In this document: in pieces, positions 6,224 to 17,452 of the stretch
How positions within the stretch are numbered: position 1 is the first letter of the stretch
Layout: each line of letters opens with the position of its first letter
Assembly: GCA_035606605.1 (NCBI GenBank)
Contig: DATNEX010000152.1
Span: 1-24,000 of the forward strand
Origin: Terriglobales bacterium
GTDB taxonomy: Bacteria > Acidobacteriota > Terriglobia > Terriglobales > Acidobacteriaceae
Reading direction: 5' to 3'
DNA: 24,000 bases
Position numbers and translations under genes: made by a program
Notes under the pieces: model-generated
What the model was told of the DNA's origin: nothing
Database searches by the model: none
What the model saw: the letters and a program-made list of their open reading frames with translations, nothing else

Positions 6224-9200
6224 ATGAAGATCCTCTCAGTGTCGACACCTTCTGTATCTGCTTGCAATTTCACACTCCGCATCTGTGGCAAGACCCTGGC
6301 GCTCTGTGTGCTGTTGGCACTCACGCGACCACAATTGCATGCCCAAGCCTTCAGTGGCATCAACGGGACGGTGACTGATACGAGCGGCGCCGCTGTTGCC
6401 GGCGCGAGCATCACCGCGACGAACGTTGACACCAACGTCTCGAAAAAAGCAGTGGCCACGACCGCCGGCACTTATTACATTACCGACCTGATCCCGGGGA
6501 CCTACACAGTGCGGGTGCAACAGTCGGGCTTCAGGGCCTTTGTCCAGAACAACGTGAACGTTGTAGGCGGAGCTACGTCCACGGCGAATGCGGTGCTGCA
6601 GGCAGGTAGTGTTGAAGAACAGGTTGAGGTCATTGCTTCAGCGGTCGCGCTGCAGACCGAGCAACCGGAGATCGGCACCGAGATCAACCAGACCCTCCTG
6701 ATGGATTTGCCGCAGGAGATCGCCGGCTCAAATCGCCAGATTGACGCCTTTATCTTCCTCGCCCCCGGCGTCACGGGTAGCGGATTCAGTCATCGGATCA
6801 ACGGCGGCGTCGACGAGCAGACAGAGGTGATGTTCAATGGCGTCCCCGAGTCTTGGTCAGAAACGTCGGGTTTCACGTTCTGGAACCAGCCGCCGTACGA
6901 CTCGATCAAAGACGTCAATGTCTTGACGGGTACGTTTTCTGCACAGTACGGCCTGGGGCAAGGGGTTGAGCAGTACACAGCGAGGTCGGGAACCAACCAG
7001 ATTCATGGAGATGCATTCGGGTTTTACCGCGATGCGTTCTTTGACGCGCCGGGAGCGACCGCCGATGTTTTCGGAAACAATAGAGGCCAGAAGGGCGAAC
7101 CCAATACCGACCATGAAACTAACTGGGGAGGGTCCGTAGGGGGTCCGGTTTGGATCCCCAAGCTGTATGACGGACGAAACAAGGCCTTCTGGTTCGTCAG
7201 CTATGACCGTTACCGGCTGGCTCAAGGACAGCAACCGATCACCATGCCAACGGCTGCGGAGGTTCAGGGGGATTTCAGCGGCTTAGTCAATCCCGTTACC
7301 GGTGTACCAATACCGATTTTCGTTCCGTTGGCATGGGGCACCACTCCATCACTCATACCGACTGGTTGTAACCTTGGAGCGCTGGGCTATACACCAGGAC
7401 AGCAGTTTCCTGGCAACAAGATCGATCCGAGTTGTTTCAGCACCGTTTCACAGGGGTTGCTCCAGTATGTGCCAGCTCCGACTACATCATCGGTTGAAGT
7501 CAAAAACTTTATCCCCAGTTTTACTCCTCTCAATTTGGAGACAGACTTCAGCGTCAACGTAGACTACAACCTCACCGATAAACAGTCTTTACATGGCTGG
7601 TACTGGCGACAATACTTCCCTGTTCCGTCCGGGACAGAGTTCACTTCGGCTCCCATCGATACCTCATTCGTCAATACCGTTCTGGGAAGAGGCGTTGATA
7701 TTACGTATGCCAACACCCTTTCTTCGCACTTCGTGGTGACCGGGGGGTTCCTATACGTATTTCAGAACAACGACTTTAGTCCGACTCACTTCTATCCTGG
7801 CACTTTCCCAGGTGTCGCCCCGTTCAGCTCGTCCGCTAATATTTTGCCGGGCATTAACTTCACAGGCGGCCCTTGGGAACCGGACAACTGGGGCGCACGA
7901 AATGGCGGCTTGCCAACACAAAATCACAAGACCGGATATTCGATTATGGGGAACGCCCTGTGGACGCACGGGCGCCACACGGTCAATTTTGGAGTGGATA
8001 TTCGAAAATCGAAGCAGCTCGATTTCGAATGCGATGGATGCGCAGGGAGTCTGACCTTCAACTCCACTACAACGGCCGATCCAAACGAGCCGACCCCTGG
8101 CACGAACACCGGCAACGGATTCGCTAGCTTCCTACTCGGAAACGCGGACTCAGCCAGCCGAGCGGGCGCGGCTCCGACGATTCTAACCAATACGTACCTA
8201 GCTCCTTATTTCCAGGACGATACGCAGATTACTTCGAAGCTCAAGGTCAACTGGGGCGTTCGGTGGGATTTGGCGTTTCCCTTCAGCAACGACTTCCATT
8301 CCAATCAACTCACCTTCTTCAACCCGAACGTTCCGAATGCCGGTGCGATCAATCCAGCTACCGGGCAGCCGCTCTTGGGCGGTATGGCGCAGCTGGGCAA
8401 AGGATGCCCAGTATGCATCGGCTGGAGCCAAATGGACATGATGTGGAATCACTTTAGCCCGCGAGTCGGCTTTACCTACCAGCTAAATAACAAGACTGTT
8501 GTGCTCGGGGGAGCGTCGTGGTATTGGCTGGACACTGGCGGCTTCGAATACGGCGTCAACAAGGTAGCTGTGAACTACGGAAACAATTTGAATGGTTCTG
8601 AGACCTTCGACAGCGGGAGCAAGGGATCAATTGGTAGCTACAGCATCCCAAGCTATGGCTTGTGGGACAGCGGGGTGAGTGGAGCAGCGGGACCGCTTCC
8701 TGCACCGGCGCAGCTTCCTCTAACCACGGATTTCTTCAACACCCAGTCTCCACAAGCGATGACCAAGCACGTTCGGCAAGCCTACGACGAACAATTTGTC
8801 CTGGGCATCCAGCGGGAATTACCGTGGAACATGTTCCTCTCAGTGTCCGGAGTGCATACCCACGATGTACACCTACCGTCCTTACTGGCGGGCAGTGGGA
8901 GGCTGAATTATCTCAATTATGGATTCGTGCAGAGCGTATGCCCTCCTGGGCTGGCAAACTCAACTGATTGTGTCCTAGGTCAATCCTGGACCTCTCCGGC
9001 GGCGCAGACGCTCATGGCGTCAAACGCCTCGCAGTATAATCTTGCTCAATATACGTACCCCGGAAGTGATCCGTCTTGCCCGGGGATGACCCTCTGGGTT
9101 CCATATATCAATTTCTGCGATGACTATGGGTCTGGGGGTTTGACCGCTCGAGCATTTCTGAAATATCCGCAGTTCCGGGGCATCACGAACAACTTCGATA

Positions 9201-10012
9201 CGAATGGTGCCGACAAGTACAACGCGCTGCAGATGAGTTTACGCAAGCGCACCGGAAGCGGGCTGACGTTCCTCGTGTCCTATACACTTTCGAGATACTT
9301 CACGAATACCGATAGCGGATTCTCGACTTTCAATTTCAGAGGCCTGGATCCGGGAAACCCCAGGAGGGAGTGGTCGGTTGGCAATGACGATCGCACGCAT
9401 GTGATCTCGATCGCGGGAGTTTATGAACTGCCTTTCGGCAGGGGCAAGAAGTTATTGAACAATGCCAATCGGATAGTGAACAACGTAGTGGGTGGGTGGT
9501 CGTTTAGCTTCGTCAATTATTACGAAAGTGGAACGCCGGTACAGTTTACGTCCTGCAACGGCGTGCTCAATTGCACTCCGCTCCTCTATACGGCAGGGTA
9601 CAATCGTCCCAACATCCAGAACACAAATTTCAATGTGGACTGGCATAACTACTATAACAACCTCAATGGGGGAACCACGCCAATCTTTAATACTTCCATC
9701 TTCAGTTCCCCTGGCGCTTGGACCATAGGCAATGCAGGATTTCTCTACAACAACTTCCGAAATCCTTGGTACAACGAGGAAGATTTTTCTCTGGGAAAGA
9801 AGTTTTTCGTCAACGAACGCGTAAATTTCGAGGTGAAGATGGAATACTTCAACGCGCTAAACCGATTTAATATCGGTAACTGTATGGATACGAATGTCGG
9901 CGATGCCAATTTCGGTCTCAATAGCAGCCCCGGCGTCCCTTGTCAGGCTGCAAATAATAACGGTGCGATCATACCGAGACAAGGCCAGGTGAAGTTGCAG
10001 GTTAATTTTTAG
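6224..10012 (+). CDS. TonB-dependent outer-membrane receptor with an N-terminal carboxypeptidase-regulatory-like domain.
   Basis: AAGGAG at 6212-6217 precedes the ATG at 6224. The signal peptide is MKIL..LALTRPQLHAQA. The CarboxypepD_reg-like fold reads GINGTVTDTSGAAVAGASITATNVDTN..GTYYITDLIPGTYTVRVQQSGF. A plug region (DVNVLTGTFSAQYG) and a long beta-rich barrel follow, ending in the OMP-typical terminal aromatic residue (..KLQVNF). The ORF-track start at 6185 (GTG) adds 13 residues before the signal peptide. Confidence 0.9.
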   Translation: MKILSVSTPSVSACNFTLRICGKTLALCVLLALTRPQLHAQAFSGINGTVTDTSGAAVAGASITATNVDTNVSKKAVATTAGTYYITDLIPGTYTVRVQQSGFRAFVQNNVNVVGGATSTANAVLQAGSVEEQVEVIASAVALQTEQPEIGTEINQTLLMDLPQEIAGSNRQIDAFIFLAPGVTGSGFSHRINGGVDEQTEVMFNGVPESWSETSGFTFWNQPPYDSIKDVNVLTGTFSAQYGLGQGVEQYTARSGTNQIHGDAFGFYRDAFFDAPGATADVFGNNRGQKGEPNTDHETNWGGSVGGPVWIPKLYDGRNKAFWFVSYDRYRLAQGQQPITMPTAAEVQGDFSGLVNPVTGVPIPIFVPLAWGTTPSLIPTGCNLGALGYTPGQQFPGNKIDPSCFSTVSQGLLQYVPAPTTSSVEVKNFIPSFTPLNLETDFSVNVDYNLTDKQSLHGWYWRQYFPVPSGTEFTSAPIDTSFVNTVLGRGVDITYANTLSSHFVVTGGFLYVFQNNDFSPTHFYPGTFPGVAPFSSSANILPGINFTGGPWEPDNWGARNGGLPTQNHKTGYSIMGNALWTHGRHTVNFGVDIRKSKQLDFECDGCAGSLTFNSTTTADPNEPTPGTNTGNGFASFLLGNADSASRAGAAPTILTNTYLAPYFQDDTQITSKLKVNWGVRWDLAFPFSNDFHSNQLTFFNPNVPNAGAINPATGQPLLGGMAQLGKGCPVCIGWSQMDMMWNHFSPRVGFTYQLNNKTVVLGGASWYWLDTGGFEYGVNKVAVNYGNNLNGSETFDSGSKGSIGSYSIPSYGLWDSGVSGAAGPLPAPAQLPLTTDFFNTQSPQAMTKHVRQAYDEQFVLGIQRELPWNMFLSVSGVHTHDVHLPSLLAGSGRLNYLNYGFVQSVCPPGLANSTDCVLGQSWTSPAAQTLMASNASQYNLAQYTYPGSDPSCPGMTLWVPYINFCDDYGSGGLTARAFLKYPQFRGITNNFDTNGADKYNALQMSLRKRTGSGLTFLVSYTLSRYFTNTDSGFSTFNFRGLDPGNPRREWSVGNDDRTHVISIAGVYELPFGRGKKLLNNANRIVNNVVGGWSFSFVNYYESGTPVQFTSCNGVLNCTPLLYTAGYNRPNIQNTNFNVDWHNYYNNLNGGTTPIFNTSIFSSPGAWTIGNAGFLYNNFRNPWYNEEDFSLGKKFFVNERVNFEVKMEYFNALNRFNIGNCMDTNVGDANFGLNSSPGVPCQAANNNGAIIPRQGQVKLQVNF

Positions 10013-10020
10013 CCGACACC

Positions 10021-10044
10021 CTGCCGGGCTACAATCCCCGGCAG
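10021..10044 (+). terminator. GC-rich hairpin just after the TBDR stop; possible partial terminator or attenuator.
   Basis: ctgccggg (10021-10028), loop ctacaatc, cccggcag (10037-10044), giving a perfect 8-bp stem. Only a weak T content follows (gttatc). Confidence 0.4.
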
Positions 10045-10078
10045 GTTATCATGGCGGCTTCCGGATTAGTATTCTCTT

Positions 10079-11248
10079 GTGCTAATTTCCCCTGCGTCTC
10101 GGCGCACAACAACTGCTTACTCCTATGCGCATCGAGCGGTTTTGTTGGCTTCGATCGTGCATGTTCTCGGTGCGCCTGCGATGGCACGAGCCGCAGCAGC
10201 CTCTCCGAGTAAAAGCGGGTCCTCGAGGCAGCAAACGAGCTATGGATCGTCGTCTCCCGCAGCCGGAAGAGCCGCTAAGCAGACCGAGACTGCGCAGGCT
10301 TCGGAATTAGCGGAAGCGAAATCCTTTTTGCAAAAGGGGCTCCTCGCCGAGGCAGAAAAAGCCACGCGCCAATTCCTTCATTCGCATGCAGATTCCGCCG
10401 AAGGGCATTACATCCTCGGTCATATTCTCTTCGATGAAGTCCGCGAAAAGTACGTCGGGGAAGAAAAGAAGGAAGGCGAAAACTTTCGGTACAGCGATAC
10501 CGTGGACAATCCATTAGTCACGATGCGCGACGCGAAAGCGCGGGAGTCACTCGCGGAGCTTTCCGCCGGGGCACGATACCGCGCACCTGGCGCTTTGGAC
10601 TTGAAGATAGTCGGGCTCGACTATCTGCTGCTAAAGGACCTACCCTCGGCCGAGAAGTGGCTCACTGCGTCCACCACACTGAACCCCAAGGACGAGCAAA
10701 CGTGGTTTTACCTGGGGCGGACGAAATACAGCCAGACTAAGTATTCTTCTGCAATCGAAGCTTTCCAGCACTGCTTGAAACTCGATCCCCGAAATCCTAC
10801 CGCAGAATACAACGTGGGACTTTCCTTTGAGGGCCTGAACCAAAACGACGAAGCCATTCAAGCGTATCAAAACGCGATCGCCTGGCAGGAGCAGAACGAA
10901 ACCAAGTCCCCTGATTCCCTTGTCGGTCTCGCCAGACTATACCTGCGTCAAAATCAGCCAGAAAATGCTCTTCCTTATCTCTTGCAGGCGGTTGCGGCGT
11001 TCCCCGAATTATCTTTGGCGCACGAGGAATTGGGGAAAGCCTTTTCGGTTCTGCGCCGCTTGCACGAGGCGCAAGAGCAGTTGGAGAAAGCGGTCCAGCT
11101 CTCGCCACAAAAGGCTCCTCTGCGATGCCTGCTTGGCCAGGTTTACCAACAGGAGAAAATGACTGCAAAAGCTCAGTCTGAATTTGAGCGCTGCACCGCC
11201 CTACGGACCTCCGAATCGCAACCCGCGGGGGTCAACCAAACACATTGA
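10079..11248 (+). CDS. Secreted tetratricopeptide-repeat protein (TPR-A), paralog of the 15000-16151 protein.
   Basis: GTG start with signal-like N-terminus (..AVLLASIVHVLGAPAMARAAAA). TPR-like helical repeats are present (WFYLGRTKYSQTKYSSAIEAFQHCLKLDP.., AIQAYQNAIAWQ..). It is collinear with TPR-B over ~300 aa, roughly 40% identity by eye. Confidence 0.8.
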   Translation: MLISPASRRTTTAYSYAHRAVLLASIVHVLGAPAMARAAAASPSKSGSSRQQTSYGSSSPAAGRAAKQTETAQASELAEAKSFLQKGLLAEAEKATRQFLHSHADSAEGHYILGHILFDEVREKYVGEEKKEGENFRYSDTVDNPLVTMRDAKARESLAELSAGARYRAPGALDLKIVGLDYLLLKDLPSAEKWLTASTTLNPKDEQTWFYLGRTKYSQTKYSSAIEAFQHCLKLDPRNPTAEYNVGLSFEGLNQNDEAIQAYQNAIAWQEQNETKSPDSLVGLARLYLRQNQPENALPYLLQAVAAFPELSLAHEELGKAFSVLRRLHEAQEQLEKAVQLSPQKAPLRCLLGQVYQQEKMTAKAQSEFERCTALRTSESQPAGVNQTH

Positions 11249-13008
11249 CGTTTCCTTTTCGCCAATTCGATCGCCGCTCCGTGTTGCTAGTCGTTGCGTT
11301 TATAGCGGCTTACATCGCAAGCGACGCCAACAGCGCGTTCGGTGGGCAATCCGCCTCGGTGCCGCTTCCGCTCCCAAAGTTGGTCCCCGGAAAATTCAGA
11401 GATATAACTTCCGAACTGAGCATCGACTTCCGCTATCTCTCTTCTCATACCACGAAAAAATACCTCATCGAAACTATGGGAACGGGAGCTGCGCTCTTCG
11501 ATTTTGACAATGACGGGCGCTTGGATATTTTTTTGGTAAACGGCGCCCCGTTGACCGACCCCACGCCGAAAACAGCTATCCCGCAAAAGACGGGCCCTCA
11601 ATACTGGAATCGTTTGTATCACCAGAAGCGAGATGGCAGGTTCGAAGATGTGACCGAAAAAGCGGGACTCCAGGGCGTCGGATACGGAATGGGCGTTGTC
11701 GTTGGAGATTATGACAACGATGGGTTCGAAGATCTGTACGTGACGGCTTATGGAGGCAATCGGCTTTATCACAATAATGGCAACGGCACATTCACGGACG
11801 TCACTGAAAAGACGGGCGTAGCTGGCGAAGGATGGTCAACGAGCGCCGCCTGGGTGGACCTCGACAATGATGGCCTGCTGGACTTAGTCGTTCTCCGTTA
11901 TCTCGACTGGGATTTCAGCGACGTGTGGTGTGGTACGCATAAAGAAGGATATCGTTCATACTGCACGCCCGACATTTTCAAGCCTATCGCGCCACTGGTT
12001 TATCACAATGAGGGGAACGGCCGCTTCACGGAAGTCTCTCAGAAGATCGGCATAGCGAAACCTGGGCGGGGATTAGGAATTGCTCTCGCAGATTACGACC
12101 GCGATGGGCATATCGACGTCTTTATCGCCAACGATTCCATGTTTGAATTCCTCTACCACAAGAAGGTCGATGGCACGTTCGAAGAGGTCGCTTTGCCTGC
12201 CGGCGTTGCCGTCGACAGTGACGGCAACACCTATGCTGGGATGGGTGTCGATTTCGCTGACTATTACAACGATGGCCTTCCGGATCTGCTCGTCACGGAC
12301 TTGGGAAACCAAAGATATGCGCTGTACAAGAATAATGGAGACGGAAGCTTTACCTACGCAAGCTTCTCGTCCGGAATTGGAACCATCACGCAGCGATTCT
12401 CTGGCTGGGGCGTTCGTTTCATGGACTACGACAACGACGGCTGGAAGGATGTTATGGTCGCGCAGGGACATGATTTGGACAACGTGGAGCTGACCACGCC
12501 CACTCTGCGTTATCGCGAGCCGATGCTTCTCGCCCGAAATATGGGCAAGGATTTCGCAGATGTTTCTGCGCAATCGAGCAGTGTATTTCAGATTCCCTGG
12601 GTCGGGCGTGGTATGGCCGTCGGAGACATCGATAATGACGGACGGCTGGACGCGCTGGTTACTACGAACGACGGACCGGTTCATGTCCTGCACAACGAGA
12701 CTCAGACTGCGAATCATTGGCTTCTCCTGAAACTTGTGGGGCACAAGAGCAATCGGGACGCGATTGGCGCAGAGGTGAGAGTGAAGACTCAGCATGGGTC
12801 TCAGCTTGGTATCGTCACCACTGCAAGCAGCTATCTCTCGTCCAGCGACAAACGCCTGCACTTCGGCCTGGGCACGGACGAAGTAGTCGAGGAGATGGAG
12901 ATCCGATGGCCAAGTGGCATCATTCAGAAGCTGCAGAATGTGCACAGTGACCGCATAATGCAGATCGATGAACCTGGGCCGAATGAGTCCTCGGCTTCGA
13001 AAAAATGA
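11245..13008 (+). CDS. CRTAC1-family protein: FG-GAP/VCBS repeats plus a C-terminal ASPIC/UnbV domain.
   Basis: Repeated Ca-binding-like loops (FDFDNDGRLDIFLVNG, GDYDNDGFEDLYVT, VDLDNDGLLDLVV, MDYDNDGWKDVMV, GDIDNDGRLDALV) are interspersed with NRLYHNNGNGTFTDVTEKTG-type strands. The C-terminus reads NHWLLLKLVGHKSNRDAIGAEVRV..SYLSSSDKRLHFGLG..IRWPSG. The TTG start at 11245 overlaps the TPR-A stop (TTGA). The N-terminus FDRRSVLLVVAFIAAYIA is signal-like. Confidence 0.9.
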   Translation: MTFPFRQFDRRSVLLVVAFIAAYIASDANSAFGGQSASVPLPLPKLVPGKFRDITSELSIDFRYLSSHTTKKYLIETMGTGAALFDFDNDGRLDIFLVNGAPLTDPTPKTAIPQKTGPQYWNRLYHQKRDGRFEDVTEKAGLQGVGYGMGVVVGDYDNDGFEDLYVTAYGGNRLYHNNGNGTFTDVTEKTGVAGEGWSTSAAWVDLDNDGLLDLVVLRYLDWDFSDVWCGTHKEGYRSYCTPDIFKPIAPLVYHNEGNGRFTEVSQKIGIAKPGRGLGIALADYDRDGHIDVFIANDSMFEFLYHKKVDGTFEEVALPAGVAVDSDGNTYAGMGVDFADYYNDGLPDLLVTDLGNQRYALYKNNGDGSFTYASFSSGIGTITQRFSGWGVRFMDYDNDGWKDVMVAQGHDLDNVELTTPTLRYREPMLLARNMGKDFADVSAQSSSVFQIPWVGRGMAVGDIDNDGRLDALVTTNDGPVHVLHNETQTANHWLLLKLVGHKSNRDAIGAEVRVKTQHGSQLGIVTTASSYLSSSDKRLHFGLGTDEVVEEMEIRWPSGIIQKLQNVHSDRIMQIDEPGPNESSASKK

Positions 13009-13015
13009 TGCGCCG

Positions 13016-14962
<1,947 letters not shown>

Positions 14963-14990
14963 ATGCCTATAGAGCCGTATAATCTTCGTC

Positions 14991-15010
14991 GAGGAAAACG
15001 TGTTTTCCTC
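14991..15010. promoter_or_regulatory. Perfect 9-bp inverted repeat GAGGAAAAC-gt-GTTTTCCTC spanning the SD-like GAGGA and the GTG start of TPR-B.
   Basis: Read directly: 14991-14999 gaggaaaac, 15000-15001 gt, 15002-15010 gttttcctc. A TATAAT hexamer lies just upstream at 14978-14983. Confidence 0.3.
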
Positions 15011-16151
15011 CAGGCAGACTCCGATGCATAGGCTATTCAGGCGGGGAATTCTGATTTTTCGGCAACGGCCGTTTCTTGCTTTTTGCCTCATAGTTGTTTT
15101 CGTCTTCGCTGCCGGACGCGCCATCGCCCAATCGCCCTCCCCGGCATCGGCTCAGGCCCCAGATTCGAACGATGACAAAACTGTTTCGAGCCCGACGGCG
15201 CTGCCCAAATCGCTCGATCTCAAGTTCGCAGAGGCAGAATCGCTGATGGAAAAGGGACAACTGAACGAGGCCGAAGCGGCCATCCGCCAGGATTTGAAGA
15301 CAGCGCCACAGTCGGCTGCTGCACATTTTCTGCTTGGCTACATCCTATACAAGGAAATTCAAGCGGAAGCAAAACGAGTTGATCCCAACCCGAATGCCGT
15401 CTATGCGGCACCCACGAAATCTCTCATTGAGCTCCGGGAGAAAAACGCAAGAGAATCCTTGGGCGAATTCACTGTGGGGGCCCGCTACCGCACTCCCAGC
15501 GCATTCGATTTGAAAATCGTTGCCATGGATTACATTTTGCTTGGTGATTTCACGGACGCCGATAAGTGGCTGACGCGATCCCTCCAAGGGAATCCAACTG
15601 ATTCCGACGGCTGGTACCAGCTTGGTCGCACGAAGTACAACGAGAACCGGTTCACCGAAGCGATCGACGCATTCAAGAAGTGCCTGGCGATCGATACAAC
15701 AAACATCAAAGCAGAAGAGAACCTGGGATTGTCTTATGCAGGACTGGGCGACGATGCGGAAGCTATCAAAGCCTACCAAACCGCAATCGATTGGCAGGCC
15801 AGCTCAGGCAGCAAGGATGTCGAAGCTTACTTTGCTCTGGGCACCTTGTTATTGGGCGAAAATCGTCCCCAAGATGCCATTCCGGTATTAATTCAGGCGA
15901 CACAAATTGCCCCGTCCGTATCTCAAGGTCACGAATTGCTGGGCCAGGCCTACATTCAGACACAAATCCTTCCTAAAGCGCAGACGGAATTGGAAGAAGC
16001 GGTGAGCCTCTCGCCTGATGTTGGTCGATTGCATTGTGTTCTCGGCCAAACCTATCGAAAAGAGGGACTCACCACGAAAGCAAAAACGGAATTCGATCGC
16101 TGCTCTGCGCTACAGAAAGAGCACCCATCGGATCGCAGTACTATACAGTGA
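15000..16151 (+). CDS. Secreted tetratricopeptide-repeat protein (TPR-B), paralog of the 10079-11248 protein.
   Basis: Signal-like N-terminus (..FLAFCLIVVFVFAAGRAIAQ). It shares blocks with TPR-A (ARESL.E...GARYR.P.A.DLKIV..DY.LL, WLT.S....P.D, LGRTKY, AI.AF..CL, EAI.AYQ.AI.WQ, C.LGQ.Y). The start is either GTG at 15000 (GAGGA 4 nt upstream) or ATG at 15024. Confidence 0.8.
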   Translation: MFSSRQTPMHRLFRRGILIFRQRPFLAFCLIVVFVFAAGRAIAQSPSPASAQAPDSNDDKTVSSPTALPKSLDLKFAEAESLMEKGQLNEAEAAIRQDLKTAPQSAAAHFLLGYILYKEIQAEAKRVDPNPNAVYAAPTKSLIELREKNARESLGEFTVGARYRTPSAFDLKIVAMDYILLGDFTDADKWLTRSLQGNPTDSDGWYQLGRTKYNENRFTEAIDAFKKCLAIDTTNIKAEENLGLSYAGLGDDAEAIKAYQTAIDWQASSGSKDVEAYFALGTLLLGENRPQDAIPVLIQATQIAPSVSQGHELLGQAYIQTQILPKAQTELEEAVSLSPDVGRLHCVLGQTYRKEGLTTKAKTEFDRCSALQKEHPSDRSTIQ

Positions 16152-16169
16152 TTTGGCGGCGGGCCAAAT
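16151..16169 (+). terminator. Small hairpin at the TPR-B stop (ATTTGGC-ggcgg-GCCAAAT).
   Basis: A 7-bp perfect stem read directly, in the 77-nt gap between convergent genes. No clear U-tract follows. Confidence 0.3.
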
Positions 16170-16191
16170 GTCATCTGCAGGGCCAAATCGA

Positions 16192-16210
16192 GCGCATCGC
16201 CGAGATGCGC
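16192..16210 (-). terminator. Small hairpin downstream of the convergent minus-strand TPR gene (GCGCATC-gccga-GATGCGC).
   Basis: A 7-bp perfect stem read directly. On the minus strand it is followed by tcgatttgg, which is modestly T-rich. Confidence 0.3.
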
Positions 16211-16228
16211 AAAGTTGGTTGATCTCGC

Positions 16229-17452
16229 TCACCGCTGAGGCGTATCCGGTATTTTGGATTTCTCTTTCATTACCTCTTGGGCGTGTTTTGCTTCCGCTGC
16301 GCGCGCATTTTGTTCCAGCTTCCCAAAAGTAGACATTTCCGCGTTCGCCTCCGCTGTTCTCCCCAGACCGCGGTATGCCTGCGCCAGCATGAAGTGTAAG
16401 CGCGGATCTTCGGGATCAGTTTTGATAGCCATTTGAAGATCTGGCACAGCTTCTTCGTACCGATTCAGGCGAATGAGCGCGGTGGCACGATCCGGCCTGG
16501 CCTCCATCAGGTACGGGCAGGTCTGCAGGGCACGATTGATATCGTCGAGTGCTTCCTCAGGACGCAGGTGTTGTTCGAGCAGAATATTCCCGAGCTTCCA
16601 TTGCGCGTCGCAGTTCCCTGGATCGTTGGTTAGTTCCGCTTGAAACTGCGCTGTCGCATCCGCCCAGTCATCAAGCTGCCAATAGGCATTGCCGAGCTTG
16701 TAGTGGGTGCCAGTCTGATTGGGAGCTATATCAACTGCTTTTTTGTATTCCACCAGCGCCCCATCAAAATTTTTCATGCTGGACATGATGTCGCCGCGAA
16801 TTTGGTGAGACAGCACTGAATTTGGATCAATCGCGTCAACCTTCGCGAGAGCCTCTTCGGAAAGCTGAATATAGACGTTCCCCAACATGTACCAGATTTC
16901 CTGGTCTTTGGGCTCGCGTTTCGCCAACTCCTGCAAGTGCGCCGCCGCGAGGCCGAAGTTTCGAAGCTTGACCAAGTCCTTGGCAAGATAAAGTTCTGCG
17001 TTGTTGTCCTTCGGATTCTTTCGAATTGCTGCTTCCAACGGCTGTCGCGCCTCCGTATATTCGCCCGCCTCGTAATAAGCGATGCCGAGTAGGACGCTTG
17101 CGGAATACATAGTCGGATACACTTTCAAGCCTTGCTTGAGCGTAGCAATTGCTTGGGGGTATTCGTGTTGTTTCAGATAGAGTGCGCCGAGGTTGTTGTA
17201 CGCAGGCCCAAGGCGAGGCGCAACTTCAAGGATCGACTTGTATTTTGAGATTGCACCGGCCATGTCGCCGCTTTGCTCAGCCGCCTTAGCTCCCGCGTAG
17301 AGCTGGACTATACGAGGATCGTTCGCGTCCGGCTCCGCCTGTGGGTAGGCAGCCAACAACGGAAATATCGAAATCGAGCTGGCAAGAGCGCAGCCACAGA
17401 TCACCTTGGCAAAGCGTATCGGATTCGGAGCCGAGAAAAGACACCACCGCAT
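16229..17452 (-). CDS. Secreted tetratricopeptide-repeat protein (TPR-C), not closely related to TPR-A or TPR-B.
   Basis: 407-aa ORF with a hydrophobic N-terminus (..ICGCALASSISIFPLLAAYPQA). It carries many canonical 34-aa TPR units (AYNNLGALYLKQHEYPQAIATLKQGLKVYP, LLGIAYYEAGEYTEARQPLEAAIRKNP, HYKLGNAYWQLDDWADATAQFQAELTNDP, HFMLAQAYRGLGRTAEA). Confidence 0.8.
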   Translation of the reverse strand: MRWCLFSAPNPIRFAKVICGCALASSISIFPLLAAYPQAEPDANDPRIVQLYAGAKAAEQSGDMAGAISKYKSILEVAPRLGPAYNNLGALYLKQHEYPQAIATLKQGLKVYPTMYSASVLLGIAYYEAGEYTEARQPLEAAIRKNPKDNNAELYLAKDLVKLRNFGLAAAHLQELAKREPKDQEIWYMLGNVYIQLSEEALAKVDAIDPNSVLSHQIRGDIMSSMKNFDGALVEYKKAVDIAPNQTGTHYKLGNAYWQLDDWADATAQFQAELTNDPGNCDAQWKLGNILLEQHLRPEEALDDINRALQTCPYLMEARPDRATALIRLNRYEEAVPDLQMAIKTDPEDPRLHFMLAQAYRGLGRTAEANAEMSTFGKLEQNARAAEAKHAQEVMKEKSKIPDTPQR

